Below are positions 37,955-46,752 of a DNA stretch of 64,000 bases, piece after piece. Numbering within the stretch: the stretch's first letter is position 1; every line of letters begins with the position of its first letter. A model generated the notes under the pieces. It saw nothing but the letters and a program-made list of their open reading frames with translations, did no database searches and had not been told where the DNA came from. The position numbers were made by a program, and so were the translations under genes. The DNA comes from a virus: the IMG/VR virus record IMGVR_UViG_3300008952_003529. The stretch is one strand, 5' to 3'.

Positions 37955-38965
37955 ATGAAAGCAGCAATTTTAGAAGAAATTAATGGACCACTAGCCATTA
38001 AAGAAGTCGAGCTAACCTCGTTAAAGCCGGGGCAGGTTTTGGTAAAGATCTTAGTTAGTGGGTTATGTGGCGCTCAATTACATGAAATCCGTGGTCATAA
38101 AGGTAATGCAAAGTTTCTTCCCCACTTAATGGGTCATGAGGGCTGTGGAATCGTACAAGAAGTGGGCACCGGAGTCATGACTGTTGCACCTGGGGATAAG
38201 GTTGTAATGCATTGGAGACCTGGTACAGGAATGGAGGCGCCATTTCCAGAATATATTTTGAATGGTAAAAAGATAAGCAGCGGAAAAGTGACAACACTTA
38301 GCGAATATTCTATAGTCTCAGAAAACAGGGTGACGACAGTTCCGGCAGATACTCCAAATAATCTTTGCGCGCTTCTGGGTTGCGGATTGACAACAGCATT
38401 AGGAATTATCGATAATGAAATAGATCTTAAAATGGGCGAAAGCGTGATGGTTATTGGCTGTGGTGGTGTAGGGCTGAACTTAATACAAGGCGCAAAAATG
38501 AAGAGCGCATTTCCAATCGTAGCAATTGATCAATCCGAGTATAAAAGACAAAAAGCTTTAGAGGCAGGAGCTAGCCTCTTTATTAATACTGCAACCGAGG
38601 AGTCCCAACCTAACGAGATTGATGTGATAATCGACACCACGGGAAATGTCAACGTAATCGCAGATGCGATAGGGCGCCTGTCTAAGAATGGCAGAATGAT
38701 TTTAGTAGGTCAACCTTCTCCTAACGAAGAATTGACGATCCCTAATGGTATCACATTATTCGGTGGTTCTGGAAAGTCTATAAAAGCGAGTCAGGGTGGA
38801 AGGACCGAGCCAGCTATGGACATCCCGCGATATATCAAGATGTATCGAGCTGGAATTTTAGACATTGATAAAATTGTAACCCATACGTTTTCACTTGAAG
38901 ACGTGAATGAAGCGTTTGACTTGTTAAAGACAGGCACCGCTGGTAGAATAATGGTAAAGATGTGA
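37955..38965 (+). CDS. Zn-dependent alcohol dehydrogenase (MDR)
   Basis: GLCGAQ, GHEGCG, GCGGVG. Confidence 0.9.
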   Translation: MKAAILEEINGPLAIKEVELTSLKPGQVLVKILVSGLCGAQLHEIRGHKGNAKFLPHLMGHEGCGIVQEVGTGVMTVAPGDKVVMHWRPGTGMEAPFPEYILNGKKISSGKVTTLSEYSIVSENRVTTVPADTPNNLCALLGCGLTTALGIIDNEIDLKMGESVMVIGCGGVGLNLIQGAKMKSAFPIVAIDQSEYKRQKALEAGASLFINTATEESQPNEIDVIIDTTGNVNVIADAIGRLSKNGRMILVGQPSPNEELTIPNGITLFGGSGKSIKASQGGRTEPAMDIPRYIKMYRAGILDIDKIVTHTFSLEDVNEAFDLLKTGTAGRIMVKM

Positions 38966-39798
38966 AGAAGACTATCTATCAATTCTTAAAAGAAATTCAA
39001 GTCTATGATTGCGAATTCCAGAAGGTCAGAATAGGTAATGAGTCAGATGGAGGCTATGTTGCGCTACATGAAGTGTGTGATAAAACCCGAACGCTTTATT
39101 CTTTTGGTGTCGAAGATAACATCACTTTTGAACAAGACTTCGTCCGGCGATATCCCCAGGCGCTCGTAAAACTATTTGATCATACAGTGGATGGATTGCC
39201 GTCTAATCATCCCAATTTTGCTTTTGTAAAGAAAGGTATCGCCGCCACCCCCTCCAAAAACTTCGTTGCACTTTCTAGCATATTAGACGAAGAATGTACA
39301 GGTATAACTTTAAAGATGGATATTGAGTGGGATGAATGGAGTGTTTTGGGTTCGTTAAGTTCTGATCAGCTAAAAAAAATAGACCAAATGCTGGTCGAAT
39401 TTCACTTAGTCACTGTAGATGTTGATAACAAATTTATAGCAAATACAGACCCTGAATATAGGCTAACGCCTTATTTCGATTCATTTTATAGAGCGACTTA
39501 TGACAAAGTTAATGATGCTCTTTTTATGACATACCTTAATACAATGAAGAAAATTAATGAATGGTTTTACGCTTTTCATATTCATCCCAATAATTCGCTA
39601 AAGAAGGTTAAGACCGGTGGATATAGTTTTCCACCACTTTTAGAAATAAGCTTTGTAAGAAAAGACTTGGTAAAAAATATTAGGGCTACTACGTGTAATT
39701 TTCCTATTTCTGGTTTAGATTTTCCAAATAAGCCCTACAAGAAGGAAATTAAGAATTATTATCCACTAGCTCAAGAGGAAAAAGGAGAAAAATGCTGA
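38962..39798 (+). CDS. FkbM-like methyltransferase
   Basis: RIG..SDGGY, SFGV, LKMDIE..EW, VEFH. Confidence 0.75.
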   Translation: MKKTIYQFLKEIQVYDCEFQKVRIGNESDGGYVALHEVCDKTRTLYSFGVEDNITFEQDFVRRYPQALVKLFDHTVDGLPSNHPNFAFVKKGIAATPSKNFVALSSILDEECTGITLKMDIEWDEWSVLGSLSSDQLKKIDQMLVEFHLVTVDVDNKFIANTDPEYRLTPYFDSFYRATYDKVNDALFMTYLNTMKKINEWFYAFHIHPNNSLKKVKTGGYSFPPLLEISFVRKDLVKNIRATTCNFPISGLDFPNKPYKKEIKNYYPLAQEEKGEKC

Positions 39799-40529
39799 AT
39801 AACAGGTCAAAACAAATCAGGAGGGACACCATTACTTTATCAAAGGCCAATGGTGGTTATCATTATGGGGGTTGCTTTTCAGCAGTAGAGTTACTCGTTT
39901 CCTTGTACGATCATATCTTAACCGATGATGATAGATTTATATTAAGTAAGGGTCATGGCTGCTGGCCATATTACGTTTTGCTTAGGGAGCGTGGGTATGA
40001 CCCTAGACCTACCGGCCATCCAGAACGTGATGTGCATAATGGAATTCACTGGACAACAGGTAGCGAAGGACACGGATTTCCAGCTGCCATTGGAATGGCA
40101 ATAGCAAAGAAAATGTTAAAAAAGTCTGGAAAGATTTACGTTATTATTGGTGATGGAGAATGCCAGGAGGGCACAACTTGGGAATCTCTTTTACTGGCTG
40201 CACATCACAAGCTTGATAATCTAGTTATTATCGCTGACTGGAATGGTATTCAGGGCTCAGGGTATACAAAAGATATTTTACCCATCCCAAACTTCGACCA
40301 GATTGCTGAGGCAATCGGGTGGTCAACGTCAGTCATCGATGGGCATTCATATGAAGAAATTTTAGGTGCCCTGGCTATCTATAAAAAAGAAACGCCACGT
40401 CTTATTATTGCAAATACGATAAAGGGTAAGGGGGTGAGCTATATGGAAAATCAGCCTTGCTGGCATGCTCAATGGCCGCCACCAGACAAAGAAGAACAAG
40501 CGCTTAAAGAGCTGGAGGATTCAGAGTAA
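39792..40529 (+). CDS. Transketolase N-terminal (TPP-binding) subunit
   Basis: ILSKGH, TGSEGHG, GDGECQEG..WE, TIKGKG. Confidence 0.92.
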   Translation: MLNNRSKQIRRDTITLSKANGGYHYGGCFSAVELLVSLYDHILTDDDRFILSKGHGCWPYYVLLRERGYDPRPTGHPERDVHNGIHWTTGSEGHGFPAAIGMAIAKKMLKKSGKIYVIIGDGECQEGTTWESLLLAAHHKLDNLVIIADWNGIQGSGYTKDILPIPNFDQIAEAIGWSTSVIDGHSYEEILGALAIYKKETPRLIIANTIKGKGVSYMENQPCWHAQWPPPDKEEQALKELEDSE

Positions 40530-41011
40530 TGAGACGTGCATTTGGAAAGACGATTGTTAGGATCGCTGAAAAAGATGACAGAGTTATTTTAATATCTGGT
40601 GATGTTGAACAATGCATGGAGGAATTTCAAGAGCGCTGGCCTGAAAGGTATATTAATGCCGGGTTATGCGAGCAATCGATGATCAGTATGGCAGCGGGGA
40701 TGGCAGCAGAGGGATTGAGACCAATCGTTTATTCAATCACACCATTTTTGATTGAGCGCCCATTTGAGCAGATCAAAATTGATATCGATGAGCAGAAATT
40801 ACCTGTTATGCTTGTAGGACAAGCTGATTACCCCACCCATGGTCCAACACATCGTCCACTAAACGCTGAAGGTCTAATCGCCTTATTTAAGAATACGACT
40901 GGATACTTCCCCAAGTCTCAGCAAGAGACAGAAAAAGCAATGATTGATGCTTATTTGATGGGTGAACCAGCGATTATCTGTCTTAAGCGCGACGGTTTAC
41001 CGTTTTTCTAA
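40529..41011 (+). CDS. Transketolase pyrimidine-binding subunit, lacking the C-terminal domain
   Basis: NAGLCEQSM...AAGMA.EG, RPFEQIK, GPTH; only 160 aa. Confidence 0.85.
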   Translation: MRRAFGKTIVRIAEKDDRVILISGDVEQCMEEFQERWPERYINAGLCEQSMISMAAGMAAEGLRPIVYSITPFLIERPFEQIKIDIDEQKLPVMLVGQADYPTHGPTHRPLNAEGLIALFKNTTGYFPKSQQETEKAMIDAYLMGEPAIICLKRDGLPFF

Positions 41012-41012
41012 G

Positions 41013-41744
41013 ATGAAAGAGGTTTTAGTTATAGGTGATAGCTGCAAAGATGTATTTGTGTATTGCAGCGCAAATAGGCTGTGCCCTGATGTTCCTGTTC
41101 CTGTTTTAAATGAGAAATATCGTACATCGAATCCTGGGATGGCTGCGAATGTGCATAGAAACATTCTGGCTTTAGGTGTTGAGTGCGATTTGCTCACCAA
41201 TCAGAATTGGGAAGATTTTTCTAAAATCAGGTATGTTCATGATGAAAGTAATCATATGTTTTTTCGAGCCGACTCTTTACCCCGCATAAAACCATTCGAT
41301 ACAAGTAAGATTTGCTATGATTACCATTTGATAATTGTATCAGATTATGATAAGGGATTTTTATCTAAATCTGATATAAGGACAATTTGTTCCCATCACG
41401 ATAACGTATTTATTGATTCAAAAAAAATTCTGGGGTCTTGGGCGCATGATGCAAGATACATCAAGATTAATCACACTGAGTATCACCGCTCAAAGGACCA
41501 TATTGATAAATTTTTAGTTGATAAGATTATTCGAACAGAGGGTCCGCGGGGATGTGTGTACCAAGATGAAATATACCCTGTTAAAAAAGCTGAAATTAAA
41601 GACGTTTCTGGCGCTGGAGACAGTTTTCTAGCGTCGTTGGTTGTGAAGTATTTAGAGAATAGTGACATAATAGAAAGCATTAAATTTGCAAACAAGTGTG
41701 CTTCTGAGGTTGTTACAAGAAGAGGAATTTCAATAATCCAGTGA
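41013..41744 (+). CDS. hldA: PfkB-family kinase (HldA / RfaE domain I-like)
   Basis: VIGDSCKD, GMAANV, SDYDKG, DVSGAGDSF; track start 40962. Confidence 0.85.
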   Translation: MKEVLVIGDSCKDVFVYCSANRLCPDVPVPVLNEKYRTSNPGMAANVHRNILALGVECDLLTNQNWEDFSKIRYVHDESNHMFFRADSLPRIKPFDTSKICYDYHLIIVSDYDKGFLSKSDIRTICSHHDNVFIDSKKILGSWAHDARYIKINHTEYHRSKDHIDKFLVDKIIRTEGPRGCVYQDEIYPVKKAEIKDVSGAGDSFLASLVVKYLENSDIIESIKFANKCASEVVTRRGISIIQ

Positions 41745-42550
41745 AAATATTAGTAACAGGTGCAAATGGATTTATAGGCAAAAACATGGTAGCTGCTTTG
41801 TGTCAGCATGAAGTAGTATGTCTGGATGATGATCATTTGGATAATACCCAATGGAAGAATCTCTGGTCAACACTTTTAAAAGATAACACTTTAGACGCAG
41901 TCTTTCATATCGGCGCATGCTCAGACACATTAGAGCAGAATGTCAATTTTATGATGCAACGTAATTATGAGACGACAAAGTTTCTTGTTGATTGGTGTGT
42001 TGAAAACAATATACCCATGATTTATTCTTCTTCTGCTGCAAACTACGGCGCAAATAATGATCATCCATCCAATTTGTACGGATGGAGTAAGTACGTAGCA
42101 GAAGACTATGTTGTGAGTAATTCAGGTATAGCATTACGATATTTCAACGTGTATGGCCCCGGCGAAGAGCGTAAGGGTAGGATGGCGTCTGTAGCTTATC
42201 AAATGTGTACAAGAGATCAAAGCAATCTTGAGTGTAAGTTATTTCCAGACTCTCCGCGGAGAGACTTTGTATACGTAAAAGATGTCGTCTCTGCGAATAT
42301 TCATGCTTATGAAAATTATGAAGCGCTTCAAGGTAAATATTATGATGTAGGAAGTGGCCAAGCAAGGGCCTTTGAAGAAGTTCTTGACTTGCTGGAGATC
42401 AAGTATTCTTATCATTCTTCTGATGCGATCCCAGAAGGTTATCAGTTTTTTACTCGTAGCAATAAAGAGAGGTGGTTACCGGGGTGGGAGCCAAGATATC
42501 AGCTTGAGGAAGGGATATCAGATTATCGAAAAGTTTTGGAGACTAGATGA
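41741..42550 (+). CDS. hldD: ADP-L-glycero-D-manno-heptose 6-epimerase
   Basis: TGANGFIG, HIGACSDT, YSSSAANYG, YGWSK, RYFNVYG..E..KGRMASV, RDFVYV.DV. Confidence 0.88.
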   Translation: MKILVTGANGFIGKNMVAALCQHEVVCLDDDHLDNTQWKNLWSTLLKDNTLDAVFHIGACSDTLEQNVNFMMQRNYETTKFLVDWCVENNIPMIYSSSAANYGANNDHPSNLYGWSKYVAEDYVVSNSGIALRYFNVYGPGEERKGRMASVAYQMCTRDQSNLECKLFPDSPRRDFVYVKDVVSANIHAYENYEALQGKYYDVGSGQARAFEEVLDLLEIKYSYHSSDAIPEGYQFFTRSNKERWLPGWEPRYQLEEGISDYRKVLETR

Positions 42551-43479
42551 AAATCCTCGTCACAGGCGGAACCGGAATGGTTGGGTCTGCTTTTAGAAAT
42601 CTAAAAACCGACCATGAATTGGTTCTATATGGGTCAGAACAATACGACTTGAGAGACGATCAGCAGGTTGATGATATGTTTTATCGCAATCAAGTTGATG
42701 CAGTTATTCATTTGGCTGCAAAAGTAGGTGGTGTGAAGGGGAATATGGATTTCATGGCAGACTTCTATTCTGATAACATTAAGATAAACACCAATGTTCT
42801 AGATTCAGCACACAGTCATGGGGTCAAAAAAGTTGTTTCATTGTTATCAACATGCGTTTATCCAGACGCCGTTTCATACCCCTTGACAGAAGAACAAGTG
42901 CACCAGGGCGAACCGCATTACAGTAATTTCGGCTATGCGTACGCAAAAAGGATGCTAGACGTACACTCCAGGGCTCTTCGTAAACAATATGGGTGTAACT
43001 TCATCTGTGCTATACCAAATAATCTATATGGCCCTCATGATAATTTTGATTTAGAGAACGGTCATGTAATTCCCGCAATAATCAGGAAAGTGTGGGAAGC
43101 AAAGCTTACTAAGACAGCCCCAGTGTTTTGGGGAGACGGATCCCCGCTACGTGAATTTACGTACGCACCCGATGTTGCCAGGATCTTACTTTACCTTTTA
43201 GAAAAGTATGATAGCTCGGTGCCCATTAATATTGGGATGACGAATGAGCAGAGTATAAGCAGTATAGTAGATCTAGTGTGTAAAGAGCTAGATGTTAGCA
43301 CCTCCATTATTTGGGATCGATCAAAGCCCGCTGGACAATTTAGGAAACCAAGCTCAAACAAGAACCTATTGAAGCTTGGATGGGAAGAAAGCGAGTATAC
43401 TTCGTTGGAGTCTGGAATAAAGCAAATGTGTGAATGGTTCTCTACAAATTATCCCAATATAAGAGGTATGAATAAATGA
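42547..43479 (+). CDS. fcl: GDP-L-fucose synthase
   Basis: [37 protein letters not shown]. Confidence 0.93.
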   Translation: MKILVTGGTGMVGSAFRNLKTDHELVLYGSEQYDLRDDQQVDDMFYRNQVDAVIHLAAKVGGVKGNMDFMADFYSDNIKINTNVLDSAHSHGVKKVVSLLSTCVYPDAVSYPLTEEQVHQGEPHYSNFGYAYAKRMLDVHSRALRKQYGCNFICAIPNNLYGPHDNFDLENGHVIPAIIRKVWEAKLTKTAPVFWGDGSPLREFTYAPDVARILLYLLEKYDSSVPINIGMTNEQSISSIVDLVCKELDVSTSIIWDRSKPAGQFRKPSSNKNLLKLGWEESEYTSLESGIKQMCEWFSTNYPNIRGMNK

Positions 43480-44522
43480 AAACAGCAATGATAACAGGCG
43501 TAACTGGCCAAGATGGGTCGTATCTCGCAGAGCTTTTGTTAAGCAAAGGATATAGGGTCATTGGTCTAAAAAGACGGACAAGCTTAATAACAACCGACCG
43601 TGTAAATGCGATTTATAATAATCCCAATTTTGAACTACGCTATTATTCTCTTCACGATCCTTCAACCCTATATCGCCTATTAGAAGAATATGAGCCAACT
43701 GAATTTTATAATCTTGCTGCTCAATCTCATGTGCGGGTTTCTTTCGACGTACCAATCGAGACCGTGGATACAATCGCAATGGGTACCCTTCGTGTTCTAG
43801 AAGCTATTAGACATGTCAATAAAGACATAAGAATATACCAGGCTTCCTCTTCAGAGATGTTCGGTGATAACCCTCAAGCTCCACAGGATGAGAAAACTAT
43901 TTTAATGCCGGCGTCCCCATACGCTTGTGCTAAAGTTTTTGCGCATAATCTGTGCAGAAACTATCGTGAATCCTATGATATGCATATTTCATGTGGAATA
44001 TTGTTTAATCATGAATCCCCAAGAAGAGGTGAGACGTTCGTAACACGTAAAATTACTAGGGCCGCTGCGCGTATAAAAATGGGGCTTCAAGAAAAGCTAT
44101 ATCTTGGTAACCTTGAAGCAAAGAGAGACTGGGGTTTCGCTGGAGACTTCGTAGAAGCTATGTGGCTCATGATGCAACAAGACCAACCAGACGATTATGT
44201 TATAGCTACTGGAGAAACACACTCAGTACAAGAATGGCTAGACTGTGTTTTCTGTGTAGCGTCTCTACCACAAGCCGGGAACGTTGAAATCGATCAAAGG
44301 CTTTTTCGACCTCATGAGGTACCATTGCTGTTGGGTGACCCATCAAAGGCGTTGAAGGAACTTGGGTGGAAACCAACAATAAGATTCAATGAATTAGCTA
44401 AAATGATGTATAATGCAGATAAGATTTTCGCAGAGGGTGAGCTTCGATTGCTCGGCCGAGATTTAAAGATTGAAGCGCTTATTGATGGTCGAAAAATGCC
44501 CTATCAATCTTCAAAGAAATAG
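43476..44522 (+). CDS. gmd: GDP-mannose 4,6-dehydratase
   Basis: [49 protein letters not shown]. Confidence 0.97.
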   Translation: MKTAMITGVTGQDGSYLAELLLSKGYRVIGLKRRTSLITTDRVNAIYNNPNFELRYYSLHDPSTLYRLLEEYEPTEFYNLAAQSHVRVSFDVPIETVDTIAMGTLRVLEAIRHVNKDIRIYQASSSEMFGDNPQAPQDEKTILMPASPYACAKVFAHNLCRNYRESYDMHISCGILFNHESPRRGETFVTRKITRAAARIKMGLQEKLYLGNLEAKRDWGFAGDFVEAMWLMMQQDQPDDYVIATGETHSVQEWLDCVFCVASLPQAGNVEIDQRLFRPHEVPLLLGDPSKALKELGWKPTIRFNELAKMMYNADKIFAEGELRLLGRDLKIEALIDGRKMPYQSSKK

Positions 44523-44523
44523 A

Positions 44524-44568
44524 GTAAATCTGCATAACTTCTTTTAAAATATAAAATAAGGAAGTTGT
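44524..44568 (+). promoter_or_regulatory. Putative promoter GTAAATCTGCA-N15-TATAAA with its -10 in the loop of an RBS-masking hairpin
   Basis: 11-bp stem 44534-44544 / 44558-44568 (2 G-U) covers SD AAGGA. Confidence 0.55.
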
Positions 44569-45443
44569 ATATGCATATTAAAAACCCCGAAGAGATAGAT
44601 TTTCGTACTGGGAAGCCACACGTTTCATTTTCTGAAATACGCTGTTGGAAGGAGTGCGCTTATAGACATAAGCTTTTGTATATTGACAAGATTGGTGTCG
44701 ATGAGCCTTCTCCCTATTTATCTTATGGAACAGCTGTACATGAAGCAATTGAAGCATTCTTAAATACAGGAAACATGGACCCATCTATCGCAATTTCAAT
44801 GATAGAAAGTGAGTGGGAAAAACACGGTTTCGAATCAAAAGAATTCAACGATGCCCATGCAGCGTACAGAAAGTCTCAAGGGTGGAAGCCTAAGCCATAT
44901 CCTCCATTACATGAGTGGAAAGAATATGCCCTAACGGCGCTAACTGAACTACCACCATTTTTGAAAGAGACGTTTGGGGACTATGAGGTGGTGTCTGCCG
45001 AAGAGCAGCTATATGAATACTATCCTGAGTCGGATATCTTTTTCAAGGGCTTTATCGATGCTCTTATTAAGACTAAGCTCCGGGGAAAGGATGTCTATTA
45101 TGTTATTGACTGGAAAACCGCTGGTGATAAAGGGTGGTTTAGAAATAAAAAGCAAGATATTTTGACATGGGGCCAGATTGCTCTTTACAAGACTTTTTGG
45201 CGAAATAAGCTAGGTTTGGATACAAAACAGGTAAGATGTGGGTTTGTACTTTTAAAGCGCGGCGCTCCAGCAGAAAAAGTTTGCGAGCTTGTGAGCGTTT
45301 CAGTGGGCCCCAAGGCAGAAGAGAAATCGATGGCCATTCTACGAAGCATGATTAAAACTGTCCGCCGCGGTATTTTTCTTAAAAATCGAAATTCTTGTTT
45401 ATTTTGTGAGTTTAAAAAGACACCCAATTGTCCAGGAGGATGA
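44565..45443 (+). CDS. Cas4/RecB-like PD-(D/E)xK exonuclease with Fe-S cysteines (likely start ATG 44571)
   Basis: ECAY, GTAVH, KGFID, IDWKT, Q..LY, CLFCEF...NC. Confidence 0.88.
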   Translation: MYMHIKNPEEIDFRTGKPHVSFSEIRCWKECAYRHKLLYIDKIGVDEPSPYLSYGTAVHEAIEAFLNTGNMDPSIAISMIESEWEKHGFESKEFNDAHAAYRKSQGWKPKPYPPLHEWKEYALTALTELPPFLKETFGDYEVVSAEEQLYEYYPESDIFFKGFIDALIKTKLRGKDVYYVIDWKTAGDKGWFRNKKQDILTWGQIALYKTFWRNKLGLDTKQVRCGFVLLKRGAPAEKVCELVSVSVGPKAEEKSMAILRSMIKTVRRGIFLKNRNSCLFCEFKKTPNCPGG

Positions 45444-45451
45444 TTCTTAGA

Positions 45452-45503
45452 CATATACGTTGAACTTTTATCGGTTATGATTATCTGGTGAGGTACGTAT
45501 ATG
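45452..45503 (+). promoter_or_regulatory. Perfect 9-bp inverted repeat whose 3' arm includes the start codon
   Basis: catatacgt (45452-45460) / acgtatatg (45495-45503). Confidence 0.55.
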
Positions 45504-46748
45504 GAAAAATATAAAATACTAATGCTCTCGGATCATGCCCTCTCAACATCGGGTGTGGGTTGTCAATCACGATTTTTGATAAATGGGTTGGTTGAAAAGG
45601 GGTGTTGGTCAGTAAGACAGTTCGGGGCAGCATTAAAACACAACGAATATGACGTTGTGAAAATATCTGATGACTTTATTATCAAGCCAATAGATGGCTT
45701 TGGTAATCCAGATATGCTAAGAATAACTCTGGCCACTGAAAAGCCTGATGTCATTCTGCTGTTTACCGACCCAAGGTTTTTTACGTGGTTGTGGGAAATC
45801 GAGGATGAGATTCATCAGATGTGCCCCATCGCCTATTGGCATGTTTGGGATAATGATCCTCGGCCATTATTTAACGACAGTTATTACCAGGCAACAGATT
45901 TAATAAACTGTCACTCTTACCCAACCTTTAAGCAGGTAAGCTCAAAGTTTCCAGAACGTACTAATTTTATACCTCACGCCCTCCCAACTGATGTTTTCTA
46001 TGAGTTTTCCGATTCAGATAAAAAACGGTACAAAGAGCAAGTTTTAGGATACCAGAAAAGAAACGACTTTGTGGCGCTATGGATTAACAGAAATGCAAAA
46101 AGAAAGAGGCCAGCCGATGTTCTCTGGGCCTGGAAAGAATTTCTAGACGAGTCTAAAGCTGAGCATGCTACATTGATAATGCATACCCAGCCGAATGACC
46201 AAGAGGGACCAAACCTAATAGCGGTCGCGGAAAGGTTAGGAATTCAGCATTCAGTACTTTTCTCTCCAGAAAGAGTTGATTTTGAGAAGATGAATGTGCT
46301 TCATAACATTTCTGATTGCTGCATAAACATCGCATACGCAGAAGGGTTTGGACTGCCAACTTTGGAAGCTATGCAAGTTGGTAATCCGATTATCGCTGCA
46401 AAAACAGGCGGTTTAACAAGACAAGTTGTTGACCACCGCGACGGTAGTCAAAACGGTGTCGCATTAGATATAAAGTTAAGAACGCTTGTAGGATCACAAG
46501 GTGTACCGTACATATACGAGGATTACGCTGACGTAAAAGACTTGGCAAACGCTATTATGCACTTATATTCCATGGAACCAGAAGACAGGAAAAAGCTTAG
46601 CAAGAAATGTTCAGACTATGTTAAGGAGGAATTTTCGCTTCAACGTACCATCGATGATTGGCACACAACCTTGTTAGACCTCGTGGAAAATTGGAAGCGA
46701 GGTACTCGTACAACACCACGTTTTGAAATGATAGAAATAGGAGCATAG
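45501..46748 (+). CDS. GT4 glycosyltransferase
   Basis: RNAKRK, AEGFGLPTLEAMQVG. Confidence 0.9.
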   Translation: MEKYKILMLSDHALSTSGVGCQSRFLINGLVEKGCWSVRQFGAALKHNEYDVVKISDDFIIKPIDGFGNPDMLRITLATEKPDVILLFTDPRFFTWLWEIEDEIHQMCPIAYWHVWDNDPRPLFNDSYYQATDLINCHSYPTFKQVSSKFPERTNFIPHALPTDVFYEFSDSDKKRYKEQVLGYQKRNDFVALWINRNAKRKRPADVLWAWKEFLDESKAEHATLIMHTQPNDQEGPNLIAVAERLGIQHSVLFSPERVDFEKMNVLHNISDCCINIAYAEGFGLPTLEAMQVGNPIIAAKTGGLTRQVVDHRDGSQNGVALDIKLRTLVGSQGVPYIYEDYADVKDLANAIMHLYSMEPEDRKKLSKKCSDYVKEEFSLQRTIDDWHTTLLDLVENWKRGTRTTPRFEMIEIGA

Positions 46749-46752
46749 TAAT

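Noticed and set aside
41000-41015. Programmed +1 frameshift fusing the transketolase subunit to the kinase at TTT TTC TAA
   Set aside because: The kinase has its own ATG 2 nt after the stop, consistent with translational coupling, and no stimulatory element was seen
27668-44522. Reading the window as a bacterial LPS/capsule locus
   Set aside because: It is flanked by fibre, gp25/gp6-like baseplate and phage sigma genes, and has no export or polymerase genes and no housekeeping context
44565-45443. CRISPR-Cas system
   Set aside because: Only a solo Cas4-like nuclease is present; no repeat-spacer array or other cas genes were seen in the window
45462-45488. SigmaE-like GAACTT-N16-TCTGG promoter
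   Set aside because: GAACTT also occurs at 27607 and 35397 but without the matching -10, so one match is not enough; it remains a possible promoter within the 45452-45503 loop
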